DNA of 64,000 nt from an uncultured Gemmatimonadales bacterium (GTDB taxonomy: Bacteria > Gemmatimonadota > Gemmatimonadetes > Gemmatimonadales > GWC2-71-9): NCBI GenBank assembly GCA_963828735.1, contig CAWHFW010000005.1, forward strand, positions 320,001 to 384,000. Reading direction: 5' to 3'. Of this stretch, positions 44,614 through 52,676 are shown one piece after another. Made by a program: the position numbers and the translations under genes. The stretch's first letter is position 1, and every line of letters starts with the position of its first letter. The notes beneath the pieces are model-generated. The model did not search any database, had not been told where the DNA came from, and was given only the letters and a program-made list of their open reading frames with translations.

Positions 44614-46281
44614 TTAGCCGTTGACCATCGGCAGATCCAGCCCCCGCTCCCGCGCCGTCTCGATCGCCAGCTCGTAACCCGCGTCCGCGTGACGCATCAC
44701 GCCCGTGCCGGGATCGGCGGTGAGCACGCGCTCGAGCCGCCGGTCGGCCGTCGGCGTCCCGTCGGCCACGGCCACCATGCCCGAGTGAATCGAGTAGCCG
44801 ATCCCCACTCCGCCGCCGTGATGCAGCGACACCCAGCTCGCGCCGCAGGCCGTGTTGAGCAGCGCGTTGAGCAGGGGCCAGTCGGCGATGGCGTCCGAGC
44901 CGTCCTTCATCCCTTCCGTCTCGCGATTGGGCGACGCCACCGACCCGGTGTCGAGGTGGTCGCGCCCGATGACGATCGGCGCGCGGACCTTGCCGTGCTT
45001 CACCAGCCAGTTGAACCGGAGGCCCATCTCCGCGCGCTCGCCGTACTCGAGCCAGCAGATCCGGGCGGGCAACCCCTGGAACTGCACCCGCTCCTGCGCC
45101 TGGCGGATCCAGCGCGCGAGCGCGTCCTTCTGGGGAAAGGTCTCCAGCACCGCCTGGTCGGTCGTCGCGATGTCCGCCGGATCGCCCGAGAGCGCCGCCC
45201 ACCGGAACGGTCCCGCGCCACGACAGAACAGCGGCCGGATGAACGCGGGCACGAAACCGGGGAAGTCGAAGGCCTCCCGCATGCCGCGGTGGTCGGCGAC
45301 CTGGCCCCGGAGATTGTTGCCGTAGTCGAAGGTCACGGCGCCCTTGGCCTGCAAGGCGAGCATCGCGCGCACGTGCACTACCATCGAATCCAGCACGCGC
45401 GCCTCGTAGACGGCAGGGTCCCGCTCCCGGAGTCCGGCGGCCGCGTCGAGCGAGAGGCCGGCGGGGATGTACCCCACGCGGAGGTCGTGCGCGGAGGTCT
45501 GGTCGGTGACCACGTCGGGCACGAGCCCGCGTCGGACCAGCTCCGGCAGCACCTCGGCGATGTTGCCCACCAGGCCCACGGAGAGCGCCTGTCGGCTCGC
45601 CCGCGCGTCTTCGACCAGGCGCAGCGCCCGGTCGAGGTCGTGCTCGAGTCGGTCGCAGTAGCGCGTCTCCACCCGCCGCCGGATGCGGCTCTCGTCCACG
45701 TCGACGCCGAGGAACGCCGCGCCGTTCATCGTCGCGGCCAGCGGCTGCGCGCCCCCCATCCCGCCCAATCCCCCCGTCACCACCAGCCGGCCCTCGAGGG
45801 TGCCCCCGAAGTGCTGCCGCGCGCACTCGGCGAACGTCTCGTAGGTGCCCTGCAGGATGCCCTGCGTGCCGATGTAGATCCATGAGCCTGCGGTCATCTG
45901 CCCGTACATCGTCAGGCCGAGGGCGTCGAGCCGCCGGAACTCGTCCCACGTCGCCCAGCGCGGGACGAGGTGCGCGTTCGCGATCAGCACGCGCGGCGCC
46001 TCCTCGTGGGTCCGGAACACGCCGACCGGTTTCCCGCTCTGGACCAGGAGGGTTTCGTCGTTCTCCAGCCGGCGGAGCGTCGCCACGATCCGCTCGTAGC
46101 ACTCCCAGTTGCGCGCGGCCTTGCCGCCCCCGCCGTAGACGATCAGCTCCTCGGGTCGCTCGGCGACCGCGGGGTCGAGGTTGTTCATCAGCATTCGGAG
46201 CGCCGCCTCCTGGTGCCACCCCTTGCAGGAGAGCGTGGTTCCGGTCGGCGCGGTGATGGGCGCATGGGCTAGGGAGGTCAT
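44614..46281 (-). CDS. hutU: Urocanate hydratase
   Basis: [65 protein letters not shown]. Confidence 0.97.
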   Translation of the reverse strand: MTSLAHAPITAPTGTTLSCKGWHQEAALRMLMNNLDPAVAERPEELIVYGGGGKAARNWECYERIVATLRRLENDETLLVQSGKPVGVFRTHEEAPRVLIANAHLVPRWATWDEFRRLDALGLTMYGQMTAGSWIYIGTQGILQGTYETFAECARQHFGGTLEGRLVVTGGLGGMGGAQPLAATMNGAAFLGVDVDESRIRRRVETRYCDRLEHDLDRALRLVEDARASRQALSVGLVGNIAEVLPELVRRGLVPDVVTDQTSAHDLRVGYIPAGLSLDAAAGLRERDPAVYEARVLDSMVVHVRAMLALQAKGAVTFDYGNNLRGQVADHRGMREAFDFPGFVPAFIRPLFCRGAGPFRWAALSGDPADIATTDQAVLETFPQKDALARWIRQAQERVQFQGLPARICWLEYGERAEMGLRFNWLVKHGKVRAPIVIGRDHLDTGSVASPNRETEGMKDGSDAIADWPLLNALLNTACGASWVSLHHGGGVGIGYSIHSGMVAVADGTPTADRRLERVLTADPGTGVMRHADAGYELAIETARERGLDLPMVNG

Positions 46282-46375
46282 GGTCGGAATCTACGCCGCG
46301 GAATCGGCTTCACCAATCCGCGCGCCCGCGTGCGGCGTACATGGGCTGTCGAACCGATTCCATTCGGAGCGTGAG

Positions 46376-46714
46376 ATGCGAGAGACATGGATGGCCCTGG
46401 TCCTGTGGGCCGGAGCCGAGGTGGCAAGCCCGACCGCCACCATGGACGTGCACACCTTCCAGTTCAGTCAGCCGGCGGTCGTGGTGCCGGCCGGCACCGA
46501 GGTCGTGTGGTTCAACCGGGACGCCATCGAGCACACCGTGACCTCCGGCGCTCCCGACAGCGCCGATGGCGTCTTTGCCGGCCGTCTGGCGGACAGCGGC
46601 GCCGTGTTCCGCCATCGGTTCGACCGACCGGGCGTATCCCGCTACTTCTGCGAGCGCCACCACTTCATGCGCGGCGAGATCCGCGTCGTTTCCCCCACTC
46701 ACGGAGAATCCTGA
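46376..46714 (+). CDS. Small cupredoxin (amicyanin/plastocyanin-like)
   Basis: Type-1 Cu ligands H(TVTS)...YFCERHHFMRG; start uncertain. Confidence 0.82.
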   Translation: MRETWMALVLWAGAEVASPTATMDVHTFQFSQPAVVVPAGTEVVWFNRDAIEHTVTSGAPDSADGVFAGRLADSGAVFRHRFDRPGVSRYFCERHHFMRGEIRVVSPTHGES

Positions 46715-46716
46715 TC

Positions 46717-47349
46717 ATGTCGCTGCTGTCCCGAATCCGCGCTGGCGCGGCCGGCCTCGCCGCCGCCGTCCTGCTCGCATCTACCCCCGCGGCTGCGCAG
46801 TCCGTCGCAGCCTCGGATCTGCGCACCACCCTGAATACTGCGCTCGCCGAGCACGTGTGGCTCGCCGCGGCCGCCACCGAAGCGGCGCTCGACGGCCGGA
46901 CCGGCGAGTTCAAGAGCGCGGCCGGGGCCCTCGATGCGAACAGCGTCGCGCTGAGCCAGGCCATCGGCTCGGTCTACGGGCAGGGAGCGGGCACGGCGTT
47001 CCTCGAGCTCTGGCGCAAGCACATCGGCTGGTTCGTGGACTACACCACGGGCGCGGCCAGGAAGGACAAGGCGATGCAGGACATGGCCGTCAAGAACCTG
47101 ATGGGATACGCGGACGACTTCGGCGCGTTCCTGGCCTCCGCGAACCCGAACCTCCCCAAGGACGTCGTGGCCGGACTGGTGCGCGAGCACGTCGTCGGTC
47201 TCAAGGCCGTGGTCGACGCCCAGGCTGCCCGCGATTGGCCGACCGCCTACGCCAGGCTCCGCGAGGCGGCCGGCCACATGCAGATGATCGCCGACCCGCT
47301 GGCCGGTGCGATCGCGAAGCAGTTCCCCGAAAAGTTCGCGATGCGGTAG
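46717..47349 (+). CDS. Secreted helical His-containing protein (family often labelled 'copper amine oxidase' but with no oxidase domain)
   Basis: Signal peptide; LAEHVWLA, LDANS, IGSVYG, LWRKHI.WFVDY, REHV and GHM motifs. Confidence 0.7.
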   Translation: MSLLSRIRAGAAGLAAAVLLASTPAAAQSVAASDLRTTLNTALAEHVWLAAAATEAALDGRTGEFKSAAGALDANSVALSQAIGSVYGQGAGTAFLELWRKHIGWFVDYTTGAARKDKAMQDMAVKNLMGYADDFGAFLASANPNLPKDVVAGLVREHVVGLKAVVDAQAARDWPTAYARLREAAGHMQMIADPLAGAIAKQFPEKFAMR

Positions 47350-47374
47350 GCGCCCGCGGCGGTCGATCGTGGTC

Positions 47375-47424
47375 GACCGAGGGGACGGAGCGGCCAACCC
47401 GAGGGCCGTTCCGTCCCCTCGGTC
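47375..47424. terminator. 21-bp inverted repeat between the copper genes and the ECF operon
   Basis: GACCGAGGGGACGGAGCGGCC / GGCCGTTCCGTCCCCTCGGTC (one G.U pair). Confidence 0.6.
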
Positions 47425-47503
47425 TTGCGCGTCGCGAGGCCCCTTCCCTCCCCGGTCCCCGACCTGCAACCTTTTGACCCACCGTCCGATCCAACCCCCC
47501 GCG

Positions 47504-48076
47504 ATGACCCCACCAGGGACTGGAGCAACGACGCTGGAGCACCAGGCAACCGGCAGAACCGATCCGGACGCGGTCGACGCGACGCTCGCCGCCAGCGGGG
47601 ACGCCCATGCCTTCGAGCGGCTCTATCGCGGCCACCTGTCGCGGATCTCGAGTCTCGTCCGGCGCATGCTGGGCGACGAGGATCCGGAGGACGTGATCCA
47701 GGACGTCTTCGTCCGCGCGTGGCAGAAGCTCGGCACGTTCCGGGGAGAGTCCGCGTTCGGGACCTGGCTCCACCGGCTGGCCATCAACGTGATTCTGGGC
47801 CGGCGCGAGACGCTGGGCATCCGGCGCCAACGACACCTGGATGGTGACGCCGTGCTCGAGACGGTGCCGAGCCGGCGGACGACGCCTGAGATCTCGATGG
47901 ATTTCGAGGCGGCGATCGAGCGGCTGCCGGACGGGGCGCGACGGATCTTCGTTCTGCACGATGTGGAAGGCTATCGCCACGAGGAGATCGCCGAGATGCT
48001 CGGTCTGGCGACGGGAACCTCGAAATCGCAGCTGCACCGGGCGCGGATGGCGCTGCGCCAGCATCTCGAGCGGTGA
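47504..48076 (+). CDS. ECF sigma factor
   Basis: GD..AFE.LY, EDVIQDVF.RAW.KL..FRGES.FGTWL.R, LHDVEGY.HEEIA...GTSKSQLHRAR. Confidence 0.93.
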   Translation: MTPPGTGATTLEHQATGRTDPDAVDATLAASGDAHAFERLYRGHLSRISSLVRRMLGDEDPEDVIQDVFVRAWQKLGTFRGESAFGTWLHRLAINVILGRRETLGIRRQRHLDGDAVLETVPSRRTTPEISMDFEAAIERLPDGARRIFVLHDVEGYRHEEIAEMLGLATGTSKSQLHRARMALRQHLER

Positions 48077-48810
48077 GCGGTCAGAAGGAGGAGCGTGACA
48101 TGAGCGACCAGTGGACGGATCGGCTGTCCGAGTATCTCGACGACGAGCTCGAGCCCGATGAGCGGGCGGCGCTCGAGGCGCACCTCCGCCAGTGCGTGGC
48201 GTGCGGCGCGGTCCTCGCCGATCTCAAGCGGATCGTCACCCGGGCCCGCGGCCTCGAAGACCGCCTGCCCGAGCGCGATCTCTGGCCCGGCATCGCCGCA
48301 CGCATCGGCGTGGGAAGCGGCGAGGTCCCGGCCGTCGATCTCGCGGCGGAGCGCGCGCGGCGGCGTTGGAGCTTCTCGCTGCCGCAGCTCATCGCGGCTG
48401 GCATCGCACTCATGGCGCTGTCCGGCGGTACGGCGTGGCTGCTGCATCCGACCGCGGCACCGTCCATGGCCACGCGCGAGCCCACTGGGACGCCGCCGGT
48501 CATTCCTGTGGGAAGCGTCCCAGTCGCCGGCTCTGCGGCCGAACGCTCGCGTGTCACGGGCCAGCGCTACGCCGCGGCCGTCGCCGACCTCGAGCGCGTG
48601 CTCGAGCAGGGACGTGGCCGCCTCGATACGACCACCGTCAAGGTGATCGAGCGAAACCTGGCGACGATCGACAGTGCCATCGCGCAGGCCCAGCGGGCCG
48701 TGGCCGCGGATTCGGCCAACGTCTACCTGAATTCGCACCTGGCCGAGACCATGCAGCGCAAGCTCGAGCTGCTGCGTCAGGCCGCCGCCCTCGTCTCCTC
48801 GGTGAGCTGA
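48073..48810 (+). CDS. Zinc-binding (zf-HC2) membrane anti-sigma factor
   Basis: LSEYLD.EL, HLRQCVAC (HxxxCxxC), one TM helix, helical extracytoplasmic domain; alternative start 48100. Confidence 0.88.
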   Translation: MSGQKEERDMSDQWTDRLSEYLDDELEPDERAALEAHLRQCVACGAVLADLKRIVTRARGLEDRLPERDLWPGIAARIGVGSGEVPAVDLAAERARRRWSFSLPQLIAAGIALMALSGGTAWLLHPTAAPSMATREPTGTPPVIPVGSVPVAGSAAERSRVTGQRYAAAVADLERVLEQGRGRLDTTTVKVIERNLATIDSAIAQAQRAVAADSANVYLNSHLAETMQRKLELLRQAAALVSSVS

Positions 48811-48821
48811 AAGGACCGACC

Positions 48822-49718
48822 GTGCTCCTCACGCTGGCTTCCGGCGCCCTCGCGGCGCTCGCACTCGTCCAACAGATCGACACGACCGTCCCGGCCCGGA
48901 TGGGCCAGCGGCTCGTGGTCGACTCGTACGGCGGCGAGATCGACGTGAAGACCTGGGGGCGGAACGCCGTGCGGGTCGAGGCCGATCCCTCATCCCGGAC
49001 CGCGGTCGAGGTGTCGAGCTCGAGCGGCGCGGTCAGCGTCCGAACCGAAGGCCGCCGCGGTCCTCCGTCCCAGGTGGACTTCACCATCACCGTGCCCGCC
49101 TGGATGGGGCTGGATCTCTCGGGCGTGTACACCGACGTGAAGGTGACCGGCGTGCGCGCGCCGATCACGGTGGAGACCGTCCAGGGCGAGGTCGACGTGA
49201 ACGGCGGCGAAGGTACCGTCTCGCTGCGTTCGGTCCAGGGGCACGTCATTCTGAGGGCCGCCAAGGGGCGGATCGACGTGCACTCGGTGAACGAGGATGT
49301 CCGCGTGTTCGATGCGAGCGGCGAGATCACGGCGGAGACGGTGAACGGGGAGGTCGTGCTCGAGCGGGTGGACGCGACGAGCCTCGAGGCAGAGACCGTG
49401 AACGGCGATCTGGCCTACGACGGTCCGCTCCGGAGCGGAGGCCGCTACACCCTCTCGAGCCACAACGGCGACGTGACGATCGCCGCGGCCGAGAATGCGA
49501 GCGCCATGGTCACCGTGAGCACCTTCAGCGGTGAATTCGAATCCGATTTCCCGGTGCCGCTCAAGGAGACCCGCAAGGGCCGGCGCTTCAGCTTCACGCT
49601 GGGCGGTGGAAGCGCGCAGGTCTCGCTCGAGTCTTTCCAGGGAACGGTCCGACTGGTGAGACCGGGCCACATCGCGCGAGATCGGGACGACAGCGAGGAC
49701 GACGACTCGGACCGCTGA
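48822..49718 (+). CDS. DUF4097-like beta-strand repeat protein
   Basis: Repeated ETVQG/SVQG/SVNE/ETVNG/SHNGD/TFSG units; typical third gene of ECF operons. Confidence 0.82.
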   Translation: MLLTLASGALAALALVQQIDTTVPARMGQRLVVDSYGGEIDVKTWGRNAVRVEADPSSRTAVEVSSSSGAVSVRTEGRRGPPSQVDFTITVPAWMGLDLSGVYTDVKVTGVRAPITVETVQGEVDVNGGEGTVSLRSVQGHVILRAAKGRIDVHSVNEDVRVFDASGEITAETVNGEVVLERVDATSLEAETVNGDLAYDGPLRSGGRYTLSSHNGDVTIAAAENASAMVTVSTFSGEFESDFPVPLKETRKGRRFSFTLGGGSAQVSLESFQGTVRLVRPGHIARDRDDSEDDDSDR

Positions 49719-49759
49719 CCACGAAGAGCCAGCGCACCGCAATATGACGACATCGGAAC

Positions 49760-49788
49760 CGGCATTTCCGACGATTTCGGAAGTGCCG
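49760..49788. promoter_or_regulatory. 12-bp inverted repeat (ECF-operon terminator or activator site)
   Basis: CGGCATTTCCGA-cgatt-TCGGAAGTGCCG, with no U-tract. Confidence 0.45.
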
Positions 49789-49938
49789 CGCTCTTGGACA
49801 GCCAAATCTGCCGAGCCGCGGCAGCTCTGACCCCTCCCGGTAATTACAGACCCCACCGCAGCTTGGCGCGCCGATCGATTCCGCTGACGTCATTCTTGTC
49901 GTCAACAAACGCTACGCAACTCAAGAAAATGCGATGCA

Positions 49939-49954
49939 TGGCATAGGTCTTGTA
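49939..49954 (+). promoter_or_regulatory. Sigma54-like -24/-12 promoter of the pilin-like operon
   Basis: TGGCATAGGTCTTGTA versus TGGCACGNNNNTTGCW; correct spacing, but GT instead of GC at -12. Confidence 0.45.
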
Positions 49955-50035
49955 AACCCGCCTTCGCCAGCCCGTATCCCCCTTGGGCCGTATCGGCAGA
50001 TCGCCACCAAAACCTTTACCCCCGGAGTGCACACG

Positions 50036-50596
50036 ATGCAGCACCCCTTGAACCGCGCCCTGGCCGGCGCCGTTGCCCTGGCCCTGGCGATGGCGAGCAG
50101 CGCCCAGGCGCAGATCGGCCTGCTTTCCAACACCGCGCAGGTGACGCTCAACGCCACCAAGCTGTCGACGTTGGCGGTGAGCCCCACGACTGCGACGACC
50201 ACGATCGCCAGCATCACCGATAACTCAGCCGCGAACGTCTTCCCCAACGTCGGCCTCACGACGGACTGGAACCTGACGGCCGGGACGTCGGTCAGGCTCA
50301 TCGGCTGGTTCGCGACCCCCGCTTCGGCGCTTGCCAACGGCGCCGCGGTGATCCCGTCGAGCAGCGTCGAGGGCGGCATCAACGGCGGCGGGTTCACGCC
50401 GTTCACCGGCGCGGCCGTCGGCGGCGTCGGCGTAGCGGGTGGAAGCCTGCAGCTCTTCAGCCAGGCGGTGGCCGCGGGCACCTACTTCGGGACCCGCACC
50501 GACCAGCTCAACCTGCGCCTCAACCTCGTCGGCTTTCCGACGACCACGGCCGGTCTCTACACCGGCACGCTCAACGTCCAGGCTGTCGTTCAGTAG
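50036..50596 (+). CDS. Secreted pilin-like subunit 1 (probable major subunit)
   Basis: Signal peptide ending AQA; Cys-free and beta-rich; ends AGLYTGTLNVQAVVQ; GGAG SD. Confidence 0.75.
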   Translation: MQHPLNRALAGAVALALAMASSAQAQIGLLSNTAQVTLNATKLSTLAVSPTTATTTIASITDNSAANVFPNVGLTTDWNLTAGTSVRLIGWFATPASALANGAAVIPSSSVEGGINGGGFTPFTGAAVGGVGVAGGSLQLFSQAVAAGTYFGTRTDQLNLRLNLVGFPTTTAGLYTGTLNVQAVVQ

Positions 50597-50602
50597 TCCC
50601 CG

Positions 50603-51199
50603 ATGCGCCTCCGGGTCGGCCTCCGCTTCCATCTTGGTCTGAGCTTCCTCGCCTCGAGCGCCGTCCTGGCGCTCGGAGCGCGGGAGGCGCAGGCACAAGC
50701 GGGCACGGTCTCGGCGGCTCAGGTCATCGCGCTCGTCGCCACCAAGACGTCGCAATTGTCCGTCACCGTGACCTCCGGGGCCGTGCAGTCCATCCCGAGC
50801 CTCACGGACAACGCGGTAAACTCCTTTCCCACGCCAGCAGTCATCACGACCACGTGGGACGTGAATCCCGGACAAACGAACACCGTGAACCTGATGGCGT
50901 ATTTCTCCACGCCCGCGCAGGCGCTGACGGGCGGGACCACCCAGATCCCGTCGAGCCGGGTGCTGGGTCGCATGACGACCGGCCTACCGGTCGCCTTCAC
51001 GGCCATCACCCAGAACGCCGTGGGCGGTGTCGGCACGGCGGGTGGAAGCCTGAAGCTGTTCGCGCAGACCATCAGCGGCCCGAACAAGAAGTCGAGCCGG
51101 ACCGACAATCTGAACTTGCAGATCGACCTCGTGGGGTTCCCGACCCTGGCACCAGGCACTTACAGCGGCACGCTCAACCTCCGCGCCGTCACGCAGTAA
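50603..51199 (+). CDS. Secreted pilin-like subunit 2
   Basis: Paralog of subunit 1 (ATK, TT.W, F.TPA.AL, IPSS.V.G, AGGSL.LF, RTD.L); ends PGTYSGTLNLRAVTQ. Confidence 0.75.
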   Translation: MRLRVGLRFHLGLSFLASSAVLALGAREAQAQAGTVSAAQVIALVATKTSQLSVTVTSGAVQSIPSLTDNAVNSFPTPAVITTTWDVNPGQTNTVNLMAYFSTPAQALTGGTTQIPSSRVLGRMTTGLPVAFTAITQNAVGGVGTAGGSLKLFAQTISGPNKKSSRTDNLNLQIDLVGFPTLAPGTYSGTLNLRAVTQ

Positions 51200-51345
51200 G
51201 ACCCCGGGGCTCGAGCCCGAGCCGCCGGGGGACATGCTCAACCTTCGACCGAGAGGTGTGTTCCCGACCCGACTGACCAGCCTGGGGAGCCCGGCCCGCG
51301 ACAGCCAGCGGTGGCGACCGCCCGATTTCAGCCGTACGTTCGGGC

Positions 51346-51918
51346 ATGACCAGTCGCTGGAGCGTGCTGACCCTGCTGGCGGTGCTTGCGCCGCCCCTTC
51401 GCGCGCAGATCGGGCTCGCGTCGGCCGGCGCCACCATCGCCCTCTCGGCCACCAAGGCCGCATCGGTGAGCGTAGCGCTCCCGAACGGCAGCTCCGCCGG
51501 CCTCCCAGGCGCGCTCGTCACCGGGCCGAACGACTTTGCCCCTATCCCCGTCACCACGTCTTGGGAAGTGGATCCCCAGCGCACGTCCGCTGTCGCCCTG
51601 GTGGCCTACTTCGAGCAGCCCAACCGTGCCCTGGCCGGCCCGGGCTCGGCGATTCCCTCCTCCGCGGTGCTCGGGCAAGTGCCGAGCGGCGGCCCAAAGT
51701 CGTTCGCTCCGTTCGTGGGGGCGCCCGTGTCGGTCGGAACCGCCGCGGCAGGCTCGGCGGGTGGGACGCTGATGTTGTTCACGCAGACGATCTCCGGCGC
51801 CAACGCCGTCGGCGCCCGGACGGACAATCTGCAGGTGAGGATCGACTTGACCGAGTCGCCCGAGCTTCCCGCCGGGAGCTACACCGGGACCCTCGACCTG
51901 CTGGTGATCACGCAATGA
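51346..51918 (+). CDS. Secreted pilin-like subunit 3
   Basis: Same motifs as subunits 1 and 2; ends AGSYTGTLDLLVITQ. Confidence 0.75.
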   Translation: MTSRWSVLTLLAVLAPPLRAQIGLASAGATIALSATKAASVSVALPNGSSAGLPGALVTGPNDFAPIPVTTSWEVDPQRTSAVALVAYFEQPNRALAGPGSAIPSSAVLGQVPSGGPKSFAPFVGAPVSVGTAAAGSAGGTLMLFTQTISGANAVGARTDNLQVRIDLTESPELPAGSYTGTLDLLVITQ

Positions 51919-51924
51919 GGACCC

Positions 51925-52671
51925 ATGCTCGCTGTTCTGGTACCGCCCATCCGCCGCCGGCGGTTCGTCCGCCCGACTAGTCTCGTGGTCGGCACGCTCG
52001 CGTGCCTGGCCCTCGCCCTTCCGCTCGCCGCCCAGTCCGTCAGTCCACCCATCGCCGAATATCAGGAACGCGCCCGATCGAGCTTCCAGCTCATCAACTC
52101 GGGCATCTTCCCTCTCAATGTCGTGCTCGAGGTCCGCGGCTTTCGTGTGACCGAGCAGGGCGAGGTAGAGGACGCGCCGCTCGACACGACCCGGTTGCAC
52201 GTCAAGCTGTCGGCGATGAGCTTCCGCATCCCGCCGCGTGGGACCTACACGGTCTTCTACGAGGCGTCGGCGGACAGTCTCCCGGCGTGGTTCAATATCC
52301 TGAGCGCGATGACGGGCGCACGGACGGAGAGCGGGCTCAACCTCCGGATCCTGCTGCCCCACGTCGTGTACCTCAACCAGAAACAGAACCTGCGAAGGGA
52401 GCAGGTGGCCATCCGGGCCCTGGAGATCGACTCGACCTCGGGCAAGCTCCGCGTGCAGCTCGAGAACCTCGGTCCCAACCTCGGGCGCGTCCAGGAGGTC
52501 ACGGCCTCGGCGGGCAAGACCGCCAGCCCACCCGGCCCCGGCTTCCCGCTCTTCCCCCACATGCTGCGCTGGACCACGCTCGACTGGCCCGGGCCGGCGA
52601 AGCCGGAGCGGTTGAGCGTGCGGTTCGCGAAGTTCACGGTGGACACCTCGCTCGCAGCACGTTCACCCTAG
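51925..52671 (+). CDS. Putative periplasmic pilus chaperone (PapD-like, two Ig domains)
   Basis: Signal peptide; SVSPP...FQLINSG..PLNV; FRIPPRG; long strand LNLRILLPHVVY; second domain LRVQLENLG...GRV. Confidence 0.62.
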   Translation: MLAVLVPPIRRRRFVRPTSLVVGTLACLALALPLAAQSVSPPIAEYQERARSSFQLINSGIFPLNVVLEVRGFRVTEQGEVEDAPLDTTRLHVKLSAMSFRIPPRGTYTVFYEASADSLPAWFNILSAMTGARTESGLNLRILLPHVVYLNQKQNLRREQVAIRALEIDSTSGKLRVQLENLGPNLGRVQEVTASAGKTASPPGPGFPLFPHMLRWTTLDWPGPAKPERLSVRFAKFTVDTSLAARSP

Positions 52672-52676
52672 CCGCC

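Noticed and set aside
50036..51918. Pilin-like paralogs as type IV pilins or curli
   Set aside because: They have no class III prepilin G/FxxxE motif and no curlin Q/N repeats; they carry ordinary Sec signal peptides.
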